Positions 12,466 to 25,055 are shown, counted from the stretch's first letter. The stretch is 41,215 nt of DNA from Chiloscyllium plagiosum (GCF_004010195.1 NC_057751.1:13777418-13818632); one strand, 5' to 3'. Program-made: numbers and translations. The notes: generated by a model from the letters alone, not told the origin.

Positions 12466-15283
12466 ATAACTATAGAATGGAAAAGAAATTCTGTGATTCA
12501 ATGAATTGCAGATGACGGTAAAAGAATTTTATGTCATTATACCACAGACCCTTTTGACATATGTAGTCAGTCATTCAATCTGAACTTTGAACAGGAAACT
12601 ATGATTGAAAGCAATTTTATTGACATTTTTACTCAACTTGGCAAATTTTCAATCTGGCCACATATTGAAGAAACATTGCAAAAATATATTTTAAGCAACT
12701 TTATTTCAAGAAAAAAGAGCATGCCAGAGAATGTAAATTTGGAGATAATATTAAGAGAGTAACTCATTCACAGAATATTTTGTGTACTGGTGAATGATGT
12801 TATGAATCCATTTCGAATAAACTGCTTAACACCTGCAGTAAAAATGCATGCGCAGAAATAGTTTCTGCTGATATTGCTATATTTGCAGATTTGTTCTTCA
12901 ACAGCAACTTAGGGAAATTATCTCTGTGAATCAACAAGTTATCTACTACATTTTCTCAATATATTCAGAAGAAGTGCCCATGTCAGAACACCTTGGTCAT
13001 TACAGAAAGTGTTCAAGACAATGAAAGACACTTTACAGGAGTCACACACTCATTGACTCTGTACAATACAAAAAGACGCCAATCACTCATTGAGTCCTTG
13101 CTGACTCTCCCTAGAGGAAATCCCATTGCAATCTAATACCCTTCTATTGTTTTCCTGCAGTACCCATCCAATTTTTTTATTTTACAATCATGAATCCTCT
13201 CTCCATCCACCACATATATGAAATGGTCAGGAGTGCAAGGATTTCAGTCAAGGAGGTGGACTATGCACAGTACATTTACGCTTAAGGGTCACAAGTGTAT
13301 TTCAGCTTCACTGTGCAGATGCATGTTTATTAGTGTTGCCCTTTGAAGGGCCCAGTATCGCCCTCCCTCTCACATGGTATCAGTGGGGATTTCTCCCTAT
13401 TACCTTGAATTGTGGCCATTGTCTTGCAACACATGCCGTGTGTATGCCATGTATGCAGCTAAATAGGGTGTTAGTATTACTGTAGTTCTTTGGGAAGCCT
13501 CAACAGGGTGTCTTATGTTGTTAGTGACCTTGTTAGAAAAGGCTCATTCCACCATTGATGGATGTTCCCCCAAATTCTTGAGCCCTAAGCTCTTAACCTC
13601 GTTCCATCAGCCTCATCACCTTTCCATGAATCTTGTATCTTAAGAGGTTCTTCAAGATCTACCTCTTTCACCAAGATTTACAAAGCTGTCCTTTTGACAG
13701 CACAATGTCAAATTTTGTTCAATGTTAAGTACTTTGAGATATTTTACTGCATTAAAATGTGCTTGATAAATGGAACTGTTATTGTTCATCATCGGCTGAA
13801 ATGAGCATTTGCAATAAGGGAGGTGTATGTTTCTCACCATCAAGCTCCAGAGCATTAGTGTAAGCAAGTGATAGCAGATCCTCATGCAGTAGACAGCTAA
13901 ACTGGCCTTTCCCCCTTTGCTGAAATACACTTCTATGTTAGTGACTCATGTCCCTCATGCAACCTGCATTTCTGTATTTTCTGTGAGGCATTCTGTCCTT
14001 GCAGCTTAAGACTCCATAATTTCATTCTGTGCTACTGCTCCTCCAGAATTAGAATTATAATCAGAATTAGGTTTATTATCACGTGTACTAAAGTTGCAAA
14101 AGAACAGGAGTTCAGTAAAAGGCGTATCATATTGCCAACATACAATACCATCTTAGGTACAGAGTACCAAGGTATAAATCTTACGTACAGAAAATAAAGA
14201 AAAAAAATTACACTACATTACATAGTATAAGTTAGGAAAATAAGAAATAAAGCCAAATGATAACTATTACAGTTGTTCTATTAGGGCTCCCATGTGGTCT
14301 GACTGGGCTCCACCAGTTCCAATCTTCACTGCCTCTGGCCCTCATAACATATGTAACTCAGATCACTTCGTACAGGACCGGCACATAACACAAATAGTCA
14401 AGATGTGCAGAGAATTCAGTGGCAGGATGAGGGAACAATAGAGTTTAAAGTGAGGAATTATCTTGATGATTTTGACCTAGCATTCTGTCAAAAACAGCAA
14501 AGAGTGTCCAAATGGATGAGGGCTGTCTTCCAAACTTGACTCACCCAGCTTGTCCAAAATATCATTGCTTGGATCCTACCCTGCACTAAAATCATTTTCA
14601 TCTCTGTTTCCAATTCCTAACTGTCTCGGACGCCCAACAGATTACATGTAAGCAATTGTTCTTGCTTTCAAATGACTCCAGTTCTTGATCACTGGTCCCT
14701 CTGCATTTCCTCCAATCTTGTACTCCTCCCTTTATCTTCTGAGTTTAGCCTTTTGTGCCCTTTGCCCTTGTTTAGTCACAGTACCACCACTATGTTATGC
14801 CTACATCAATAATACCTCCTCAAAAATGTGACATTTTTTGTCTCCTTTTAAGACGGTTGCAATACCTGTTATTGTTTGGAGAGGGTTTGGTCATTCTCCA
14901 TACTGTTTCCTAATTGCAGAGGATAACTTCCTTCTCATTTGATGTTGGGACATTCTTCACCATATTTGTTTCATTAAAGTATGTTTTATAAGCCACTTGA
15001 TATTAGTGCTGCTGCCATGAACAACTCCATGTCCTGACAAATGCTTGCAATAATTAGGCAGGATTTTCTAGTGTCCTCTGTGGTGTAAATAAAGGCAGAC
15101 AGGTGAATATAATCAATTGGTTAAAAGTCAGAAAATTAGCTTATCACCATTGAGATCAATCTCACTTTAGATGACAGATTCACTATCTCGCCAGCAGGTG
15201 TCAATAAGGCTAGCTGCTTGTATTTACATCTAATTAATTGCACAACTCACTGGAATCAGCATTGTCTGACCAAGGAACTTATC

Positions 15284-16503
15284 ATGATCCCTGCTGATGG
15301 TACTACTGGACAAGTCAGGCCACATAGCCTGATAGATTGTAAGTTTAATTTTTCAGTCAGTTACCATAATGGTTCATCACCTGAATATATGCACACAAGA
15401 CTGTCAGTGTTCTAAAACCACAGGACACAACTTCAATACATGGGAGAAAAAAGAAGCAAACAAGGCTTTGACAGTGTATACAACGGTGAAGAAAGATCTT
15501 AACTGAAACAAAACAATGTTTTATCATGTTTTCCCTTGCAAATACTCAATCCCAGAGAAATTTCACTCCCATCTCAACCCTTTTTTTTCTTCCAGAACTA
15601 ATTGTTTCTAATTTATCTTTTTGAATTGTTGAAACAGTTTTCTGTCTTCATTCCGGTTCTGCTGACCTGAACCTCTTTTCAGTTCTGACAACGTGAAAAC
15701 TTCTACACATACTCTCACAACTTGGAGACTTCACAAACTAATCCTGTTCTGCTCGGACAACTGTTCTCATGAACTGAACTCCTAATTCTTCAGAACTGAA
15801 GAGAAAACTAAATCAAACCCATGAGTTTAGATAAAACAGAGTTATTAGTAATTTTTGAAAGCATGCTATTAAGTTTAAAGAGTGTAGAACGATTGTAGGA
15901 AATAGGAAACTTAGATCTGCACGCAGGAGCTCACAAGGAGTCGACCATATCCGGCGCCATCTTGCATAGGAAGAAATCAATGGTCCCTGTTTTCTCTGTC
16001 TGTTGTACACTCAGCAGTATAAACATTCCATCAATTAACACCGCAGATATTTTGTCTAAACCAAGTGCATTTTTGGAAAATATATGAATATGTCACAGCT
16101 TCAAATGACTTTTTGACTTCTTAAACAAAAAAAAACCTTCATAAAAAATTGAAATCAAAACCCATCTGCCTCTATGTTAAAATCAAAGATCCAGAAATAT
16201 TAACACAAGTTGAGATGGGAGTGAAATTTCTCTGGGATTGAGTATTTGCAAGGGAAAACATGATAAAACATTGTTTTGTTTCAGTTAAGATCTTTCTTCA
16301 CCATTGTATACACTGTCAAAGCCTTGTTTGCTTCTTTTTTCTCCCATGTATTGAAGTTGTGCCCTGTGGTTTTAGAACACTGACAGTCTTGTGTGCATAT
16401 ATTCAGGTGACGAACCATTACGGTAACTGACTGCAAAATTAAACTTACAATCTATCAGGCTAGGTGGCCTGACTTGTCCAGTAGTACCATCAGCAGGGAT
16501 CAT
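15284..16503. repeat. 295-bp inverted duplication (15284-15578 / 16209-16503) with 630-bp spacer
   Basis: Reverse-complement alignment by eye: equal length, about 6 substitutions. Confidence 0.93.
15700..15964 (-). mobile_element. Orphan L1-like 5' end
   Basis: Minus strand begins caagatggcgccggatatggtcgactccttgtgagctcc (YY1-type caagatggc start as in the L1 at 4951), CpG-rich; downstream boundary uncertain. Confidence 0.5.
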
Positions 16504-17999
16504 AGCTTATATGCCTTAATCACATGACCCAATCAAAAAGCTTGAAACTTCAGAAACCTCACAGCAAAAGGAGACATGTAGTTGGCAAGTTGAATTATTC
16601 CATTGAGTAAGTAAGTGTGTCTTGCATTGTTCTTATAGCAATACAGTTTTAAATGCTACAAAGTCACTTGGGCTGGCACCTCCTAGTTGACACATCCAGT
16701 CAAAGCGAGGAGTCTGTGTTCCTTGGCATCTTTGAGCCCAACTGGCACAGCACAAAGAGGAGGCAACTTCTGGCTGAAAGGCCGATATGAGTTTACACAC
16801 CAACAGAGGGCTGCTTTGGGCCAAAGGGCAGACTTAAGCATATGTGGGCATACAGTGGTCAGCTTGTGGCCCACGGGCAGGCTTCATGAGGAAGCATAGC
16901 CTTGCGATGTGGTAAATCCAACCCAGTAAATATTGTCAGGGAGCCTCAGGAATCATTCGAAACTTATCAGTACATGGTGGGCGTGAGTCCTGCAGTGTAC
17001 GTCATGCATATGCAGTGGCCGAGTTAGATTGAGTGATGGTCTTATGTGAGGTTGACAGCGAGAAAATAATGGCACCCATCTTTGCCAAACACGGAAGATC
17101 ATTTACCAATCTCCTCTACTGGTTCTCACTTTGTTTCTGCCGACCATTGGTTCAGACTTCATGTGCAATGTGGCCACTGGGTCTTTTGGCAGGGCTTCTT
17201 TCATCCATTAGAGAGGAAGAGGAGTACCTTTTCTGACCTGCCTTTGCCTGGCATGTGCTCACCAAGGAATTTGTGAAGTGGGGAGCCACCTTCTGGCATT
17301 TGGCAGACAACTCCAGAAAAGACAGCGATCATCACTCCCACCACTGCTCCCTCCCCACCACAGTCTCTTCTGGAGTTACTGACAAAGTGAGTGAAACATG
17401 CTGGCAGAACTATCGACACTAAAAGGGGTAATAACATGCACCCGCCATCCACACTTGATTTATCAGTTAAATCTCCATATACATATGAAATGAAGAGCAG
17501 ATGATCGCACGAGGAAATTCACCACACACCATGGTATCATAGACCATGAACAAGATGACAGTACAACTGGCAAATGAAGAGCTAATCCATTTCATCTTCT
17601 ATACATCAAAGTACAACCATACCAGTACAAACATTGCACTAATTTCCAAAGTTAATTTTTTTTATTGGTACATTCCTTCACGGTTTGCTTGCCACTCTAC
17701 TTAAACCCCAAAATTAAAATGCCCTGCCATTATTTAGTTGACAGAACCTGTCCCTGTGTGTTGCAGGTTTTTTCTCTGCACATATCTATTGATCTGATGT
17801 GCACCAGGTCAGATACCTTGCTTCATTTTTAATGAAGTGTTAAGCAGGTATTTATTTATTTGCTGCCGTCATGCCTCCTGCACCTCCTCTAATGTACAAA
17901 CCCCAGCAGTCTCGTGGAAACAGGCCAAGATGTCTCTTCCACTTTGCAGCAGAAACGTTTGGGCTTGATGTCTCCTGAGAATGGAGCAATTGAAATTGG

Positions 18000-18560
18000 A
18001 AACTTGTGTGGAAACTGTAAGTGAGAAGTCCCATATTGCAACTCCTTGGCATGGTGCTGTAAAGCTTCACTATAAAGTCTTGAAGTTTGTGCCTGACAGG
18101 AGTCGGGTTTTATTCTATTTTGTTTTATTTTTGTTTTGTGCTGTGTATTCTGTTGGACTGATGATTACTTTTCCTTCACATGTTTTTGGTCAAATATATA
18201 TTGAGAGGTGGAACTCCTGAATTTGGAGGGATAAAAAGTCATTTCTTGCACTCAGTTGTAGATTGATTACAGCAAATTGAATAGATACACTTTTCACCAT
18301 GTGTTACAGATTGGTTCTGGGTGATGGATGTCTGCACAAATCCAGGGGGATTTGGCGTGGGGTCTCCCAGGCTCAGTTCATCATCTCTGTTACTTCTGTT
18401 TATACTGTATATAAATGGTCTGGAGCACAACTGCAATAAAGTAAATGAACGCAGAGAAAATGATGTGCAAAGGGCAAATGTAAGCTATATGTAGATACTC
18501 TGAGTAATAATCGTACACAAATATTGATGAACACAGTCTATCCGCTGAAATAGACAAAAC
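18000..18560 (+). mobile_element. Ancient LINE RT fossil
   Basis: DGCLHKSRGIWRGVSQ followed, after a frameshift, by LLFILYINGL (cf. GVPQGSVLSPLLFILYINDL) at ~18320-18422. Confidence 0.5.
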
Positions 18561-19102
18561 TGAAGATGCATACAGTTTTCATAGACGGAGACAGAACAAC
18601 GCACCAACAGTTTCTATTAGCTGTAAAATGTACAAATAGAAATCTTTTGCTGTAATTGCACACAACTGTAAATGTGCAAAGTTTGCCAAATGTAATGGAA
18701 CACTGCTGTAAAAATACGCAGAGATTTCTGACGGGAAAAAACGATGAGGAAGTTTTGACCTGGAGCGATGCATTGGTTTGCTCATTGGTTGGAGGTGTTC
18801 AGTTCAGCAAAAATGCATGTCCGATAGCTGTTTTAACAGAGCAGGTTAGACCTGTTGTATGCAACCCCCTTGGGAGAGGCGTATTGCCAAGAAACATACA
18901 GAATGGTAATCACTCAGTTTGATCTATTTTTTTCAACATACTTTCAAACTTCATGTTGCAGCCACAGGTTTCCTAGGTTTCCTGAAACTAGCCAATGCAA
19001 GTAATTTGAGATCACAGTGACAGTGGAAGAGGCTGATCAAAACTCATGAAAATACTGCAATAAATAGTTGGTAATCCAAACCACATTCTTGCCTAATAGT
19101 GG

Positions 19103-19820
19103 TGTTGTGGGGAAAAATACCAGTCTCGGAGTCAGAATTGGGGTTCAATGACAGAGTTTATTGCTCGAGGAAATACCAGAGCTCCGGGGAGAGAAAGACA
19201 CCGTCAGCACAAAGGTCAGCTGCGAGTCTTCTCTCGACCCGGAGCACATGTCAAGAAACTTTTATACATCTTGTGATACAATAGGTCAGTGATAAGATTA
19301 TTGTTTTTGGAACATGGTTTATTTATGGCAATCATTGCAGAATTGTTGATAGTTTCGATACAGTCATTGCCAGTTCCAGCACAGCCTTTGTTAATTTTCA
19401 GCGCGGTCATTGTCAGTTTCAACGCAGACATTGTCAGTTTCAAAGTCTGTGTGGAAATCAATTGCTTTAGCAATGGGCGCTAATCACTGTTCCTGAAAGG
19501 GACAATTCCTGCAGCCCTGGCTATTAGCACTCTGTAATTGAGTCCATATCAAACTGTTAGCATTTCTATAAGAGGTGTTGGCTGGACCCAGACACTTCGG
19601 CAGGCAGTCTTCGTTACTCATGTATTCTCTCCCCCACCCGCCTTAAACTAATCAACTGGGTTATGAGTGCATTGTGCTGTCATTCTGGTGGCTCCAGGCA
19701 GTGTCTATATCTGCTCTGCTGTTTCTCTCCATATTGTGTGTCAAGTTGGCCAACTGATGGCTCAGCGGCTATCTTGTGTGTCCATGTGCCTAGTGTCACC
19801 CTGCCCCATCTCCCTCTTCA
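19103..19820 (-). mobile_element. ERV-type solo LTR (718 bp)
   Basis: TG...CA termini, exact 4-bp TSD gtgg (19099-19102 / 19821-19824), TATA-like tataaaa at ~19260 and AATAAA at ~19157-19162 on the minus strand in correct U3-R order. Confidence 0.8.
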
Positions 19821-19906
19821 GTGGGAAAGAATTCAAAGTTTGGGTGAAGATTTGTAGCTCGGGTGCTCGTTGTTGTGGTTCTGTTCGCCGAGCTGAAATT
19901 TTTGTT

Positions 19907-19946
19907 GCAAACGTTTCGTCCCCTGTCTAGGTGACATCCTCAGTGC
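19907..19946 (-). ncRNA. Minimal hammerhead ribozyme motif (inverted copy)
   Basis: Reverse complement identical to 20940-20979. Confidence 0.65.
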
Positions 19947-20057
19947 TTGGGAGCCTCCTGTGAAGCGCATCTGTGGTGTTTCCTCCGGCATTTATAGTGG
20001 CCTGTCCCTGCCGCTTCCGGTTGTCAGTTTTAGCTGTCCGCTGTACTGGCCGGTATA

Positions 20058-20195
20058 TTAGATTAGATTAGATTACTTTACAGTGTGGAAACAGGCCCTT
20101 CGGCCCAACAAGTCCACACCGACCCGCCGAAGCGTAACCCACCCATACCCCTACATTTACCCCTTTACCTAACACTACGGGCAATTTAGCATGGC
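20058..20195 (-). mobile_element. HE1-like SINE 3' part, running into the gap
   Basis: (ttaga)n tail and ggaaacaggcccttcggccc / gggcaatttagcatggc matching the SINEs at 12151 and 27056. Confidence 0.85.
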
Positions 20196-20373
20196 NNNNN
20201 NNNNNNNNNNNNNNNNNNNNNNNNNNNNNNNNNNNNNNNNNNNNNNNNNNNNNNNNNNNNNNNNNNNNNNNNNNNNNNNNNNNNNNNNNNNNNNNNNNNN
20301 NNNNNNNNNNNNNNNNNNNNNNNNNNNNNNNNNNNNNNNNNNNNNNNNNNNNNNNNNNNNNNNNNNNNNNNNN
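20196..20373. other. Assembly gap (N run)
   Basis: Run of N. Confidence 0.99.
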
Positions 20374-20383
20374 GAACGAAGAC

Positions 20384-20959
20384 ATGCCGCAACCCAAAGG
20401 ACTAGCCACACTACCATACATCAGGAGCATTTCAGAACTGACAGCCAGACTACTGCGACCACTAGGACTTATGACAGCACACAAACCAACAGCCACCCTC
20501 AGACAACTACTCACCAGAACGAAGGACCCGATACCCAGCATGAGCAAAACTAATGTAGTGTACAAAATCCCATGCAAGGACTGCACAAAACACTATATAG
20601 TACAAACAGGAAGACAGCTAACGGTCCGCATCCATGAACATCAACGAGCCACGAAATGCCACGACCAGCTATCCTTAGTAGCCACACACGCAGACGACAA
20701 GCAACATGAATTCGACTGGGACAACACTACCATTATAAGGCAAGCCAAACAAAGAACAGCCAGGGAATTCCTCGAAGCATGGAACTCATCCACAAACTCC
20801 ATCAACAAACACATCGACCTGGACCCAATATACCGGCCACTACAGCGGACAGCTAAAACTGACAACCGGAAGCGGCAGGGACAGGCCACTATAAATGCCG
20901 GAGGAAACACCACAGAAGCGCTTCACAGGAGGCTCCCAAGCACTGAGGATGTCACCTAG
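20384..20959 (+). pseudogene. Penelope-like ORF C-terminus: RT thumb/linker + GIY-YIG endonuclease
   Basis: LPYIRSISE..ARLLRP, NVVYKIPCKDCTKHYIVQTGRQLTVRIHEH, HEFDWDNTTII, REFLEAW; open for 191 codons, 5' part lost in the gap; YIG reads YIV. Confidence 0.9.
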
Positions 20960-20979
20960 ACAGGGGACGAAACGTTTGC
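20940..20979 (+). ncRNA. Minimal hammerhead ribozyme motif in Penelope-like terminus
   Basis: gca-CUGAGGA-u-[guc a ccu agac agg g gac]-GAAAC-GUU-ugc: core boxes, stem II hairpin, palindromic stem III (aacgtt), stem I gca/ugc. Confidence 0.7.
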
Positions 20980-21164
20980 AACAAAAATTTCCAGCTCGGC
21001 GAACAGAACCACAACAGTGGGAAAGAATTTCCTCACAGTATCTTTCCTGAGAGACACTGTGGTGCATGGGTCTGAAAGGATGAAATACCGATTATGTGCC
21101 ATAAGCACCACCCACTGCAGTGACGACACAAGGACTGGTGAGAAGGATAAGAAAAGATCTTGGA

Positions 21165-21525
21165 TAAGACCAAGGAACAAGAGAAGATCATTTGGCCCTT
21201 CAAGCCGGCTCCATCATTCAATATGATTGTGGCTGATCTAATTTTAACCTCAACTCGACATTCCTGCATATCCCCAATCACCTTTCATCCCCTTGGTCAT
21301 TAATTATCTCTTTATCTCTGCCTTAAAAATATTTAAAGATTCTGCATCCACTGCCTTTTGAGGAGGGGGATTCCAAAGACTGACAACCTTCTGAGACAAA
21401 ACATGTGTACTCATCTCTGGCATAAATGGGCTATCTCTTCATTTTAAACTGTGACCCCGAGTTCTGGATTCTCCCACAAGAGGAAACATCCTTTCATCAG
21501 GCACCCAGTCAAGTTCCCTCAGGAT
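21165..21525 (-). mobile_element. CR1-like LINE 3' fragment
   Basis: Characteristic 3' UTR (tggcccttcaagccggctccatcattcaatatgattgtggctgatct) and ORF2 C-terminal remnant. Confidence 0.7.
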
Positions 21526-23714
21526 CTGATATGTTTGAATTAAGCACCTTTTCAAACTGGAAATCCAAGTACATTGTTTCAGCTGGTTCCTGTTTATCCA
21601 CAGCACTCTTCAACAATGCCAATAAGTTAGTTGATTATAATTTCCCTTAAGGGTCTCATCTATTTTCCAACCCTGTTGCTAACTTCCCTACTGCGGGGAG
21701 GAACTGCCTTGAGTGGGTAGCCATATACTGGAACCCTCCTTGAGGATCCTTTGTGCCCAGTGAAGGCACCTCACCCTGAACGTCAATATCACACTTTTAG
21801 CCCCTCCACCAGGATTCTCAAACTCGCTCTCCCACCTTGCTGGAACCTGCCAGTCAGGGCAAAACCCTTTGTTTTGAGGACTGACTGCGATCCCAGTAGT
21901 GGACATTACTCAAACCTGGCACCGCTGAGTCTCCAGAACTGCCAACCAATTTTTGCCCTCAGACAATTAATCGCCACCAACGTGAGATGGCTGTGAGACA
22001 GCCAGCAGGCTGCTATCCAACTTGCAAGCTCTGTAAAACCCAGCCCACACACCCGAAAAAAGTATCAATATGCTGAAAAAGGAAAGATTAAAAACAATGC
22101 TCATATCCTGACACTAGATGTCACCAGCACATTTTGTAAATACTGTACGTAGGCATCCAAAAAAATACATATAATTCATGTCATACTGAGGCTTGGGAAA
22201 CACATGCAGGCATTTAGTATGGGACAAGATAAGCCTTTTTGGTTTTAAACAGATTTATGTACAATTTAGTTAACTTCTACAGAAGTATACAGTACTGAAG
22301 GAACTACTAAAAGTCCTCACACACAGAAAGACCGGACAAAAATGTTTTCATCATAAATATGGAACAGTATTTTATGTCTGAGCTAAGTGTGGAGGTGAGG
22401 AAAGACATTTAATGATGCTGGAACTCCATCAGCTCCCATCTCCACTCTCATTAATTCAGTGGCAAGAATATGCATGGTTGTTCTCCCATGCCAGCTGAGG
22501 CCCTTATGTGACCAATGAATGCCCGCTTTAGGGAATTAAGCTAACAGCAAGCAAGAGGACAACCATGTGGGGAACGCAGCAAACAGATCTGTGCCTGTTG
22601 CTTGTGCTGAGGTGTTGGGGTTCCTCTTAAACCTGAGTATACTGCACACTGTACCAGCACTGGATATGAAGTGCACTGTCTGACATTCAAGTTGGATGTG
22701 AACTTTATAACATTTTCCCCGAAAGAGAAAAAAAAACTTAAAAATCAGTGATTTTGGAAATAGATGTTAGTGGACCTCCATTTTGGTGAATCTCATTCGC
22801 CAACTTTGCAGTTATTTTTCCCCCTGAGGTTATATCCCTCAAGTCCAGCTGACAAAATGGTCAATTACACTGGAAAAGCAAGTAATTTAAGAACGTTTGT
22901 GAAATTCACTGTTTTGGGCAGTCTCAGAGGAGTTCTCTGATACCAGAAGCCCGTCACAGAATTTCACCTTCTCCCTGCCAAACTGGGTCCCTGTCTGAAT
23001 CAGGCAGCCAACTGAGAGTTTGTCAACACCATTCAGGTTAGCCTGACCCTGGAAAGTAGTCAGGGTCAGAACTGTAGTCATAAAAGCAGTGAACCCCACC
23101 GCATCATTTTACTGTGTGTTTCAAACAGACTGCAGCCTTCCTTCCAAAGAAAAATCTTTTTACTCTGTGGTTCAGAGTCGAACACAAGAGAAAATTACAT
23201 AAACAATATTCAACTTCTGCATAGATTGTTGGGTTTTCAACAAATATTGCATACCTTTTACAAACAGAATCTGTCACGTGATACCAGTTTATAAATTGCA
23301 CTGAGACACTTTTATCTCACTTGCAGCTTATTCAAACTGCGAAATCCTCTTGATCACAGGTCAATTCATCCCTGTGAATGAAATCTGTTTTCCATTAAGC
23401 TTGAGCCAGGATAAAAATCACTTGTGTTTTTAGCAGCCTACCATTAGAATTAATTGCCTTCTGGAATATAAAATAAATTGTTTAAATCCTCCACTATTCT
23501 AAAAGCTGCTGTCCAGGATTCTCAAAAGGATCTTCGTTAACTCACATTAATAACCTAATTGCATTTGAAATGGGGACAATCATTTTCTTTCCTCGTTTAA
23601 TCAACTGTATTATGATACGTTGTACATTGAAATTGTGGGTAATATGTATAACCATTTAGCTATTCTGGTTTATGTATGAGCTATTTCTGATGCTGGAGCT
23701 ATTTCTGTCAGAAG

Positions 23715-24022
23715 AGAACAAGATAAGAGAAGATATTACAGAGGGGTTTCAGATTATTGGAAGTCCAACTGAGCGAATAGTAAACAACAATTTCCTCTGG
23801 CAAGGGAGTCAGTGATGAAGGGTTGTCAGTTTAAAATTTCCTCTGAGAAGGGTGATGAGTGAAGTGAGAAGAGAATTCTGTGTGTGCAGAGAGCGGTTAG
23901 AACTGAGAATGTTTTTACTGCAGGAAGTTATTGAGGCTGAGACTGATGAATCTTTTAAGAGGAGAGCAAACAAACATTTGAAGCTGCAGAACGACACAGA
24001 AGAACCAAGGTAGTGTGATTAG
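23715..24022 (+). mobile_element. Old CR1 3' fragment; its tail resumes at ~30011-30065 beyond the Gypsy insertion
   Basis: Degenerate ORF2 C-terminus (..LLQEVIEAETDESFKR..); gctgaattgcctcattctgtgctgtaac after 30010 resembles the CR1 3' UTR. Confidence 0.55.
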
Positions 24023-25055
24023 TGAAATAACTTGACAGAGACCAGTATCTAATGACCAAGTCACCCTTTATTTACATGTGGCGAGTTCTTGACTTCTGGT
24101 ATAACCTTGACAGAGTCAACTCCCGGAGTGTTGGGCTGTCTATCAGCCAGGGCTTTCTGATTTGACCAGATTGACAGCCTCAGTCACTGGGTGAGGTCCA
24201 CCTGGCTGACATTGTTTCAGTCTCTGAATTCGATAACATAGGCTGGTCCTTTTCCTTGGAGCACCTTCTGGGGTATTTTAGCACCGGGTCAGCTTCCACT
24301 GACTCTGCATCAGGTACAGGTGCCATGTCATGCACAGCAGCTCTCCTCTTGCACCCTGAGCCTCTCGGGAGAAATTCACAGGCAAAGGTGTCGATGCAGC
24401 GAGATCCACTGTGTCCATGTCAAATTCAGGAATCTCTTCGACGCTTGATGGAGAGGGAGAACCGGGTTCTGTTAGCCGTTTTTCTGGCTATTCCGAAGAG
24501 CTGGGCAAATTTTGTTCTGGCATCGTTGGCAAGTTTGTAGCTTTGCCATGTGCTTATTTGGAACCGTCCCTCCATCACTGGTCCTGACTTTGTGTTGACC
24601 AAGCCTCTTAGCCATGCAGGGCCATTTCTGTGGCTCCTGTACCAAACTTCGTCCTTTGAAGTAAACTGACTCTCTCGTTTGACAGAGTCTGGCGTCCAAC
24701 AACAGTGTTCCTGACTTCCCATCGCCCCACCCCCCGGGTCCTAGAAGACTAAATTTAACCTGATGCAGGGTCTTCCCACCATCAACAACTCTGCTGGAGC
24801 TGTCCCTGTAGTTGGATGAGGGGTGGTCCAAAAACCAAATCGTATCTGGAAAGGTTTGGTATCCAGTGAAGTGATTGACTGTTACTTTAAGCGGCCTTTA
24901 AGGTTTGCACTGCCCTTTCTGCTCTATCATTGGATGATGGATGGCAAGGAGATGACGTTACATTTTGAATGCCATTCACCTTTAGGAAATTCTCAAATTC
25001 CCCGCTGGTAAACCACTCAGAAAATTGAGTTCATGAAAGTACTTGCATAGTCGAT

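Larger units (their letters stand above)
19834..21016 (+). mobile_element. Penelope-like element with inverted terminal copy; contains a SINE and an N-gap
   Basis: ~19870-20058 is the reverse complement of ~20828-21016; TSD gtgggaaagaatt (19821-19833 / 21017-21029); GIY-YIG coding region. Confidence 0.88.

Noticed and set aside
17050..17250. Possible Harbinger Myb/SANT remnant on the minus strand (NQ*RRLVNDL)
   Set aside because: Only one weak motif; too degenerate to support a call
18298..18430. Minus-strand exon candidate with a good acceptor (tttattgcag) and an open frame
   Set aside because: The plus strand carries RT motif remnants (GVSQ..LLFILYINGL), so it is better explained as a LINE fossil; the donor is weak and no partner exons were found
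22887..23099. 70-aa minus-strand ORF
   Set aside because: No recognisable domain or splice context; length expected by chance
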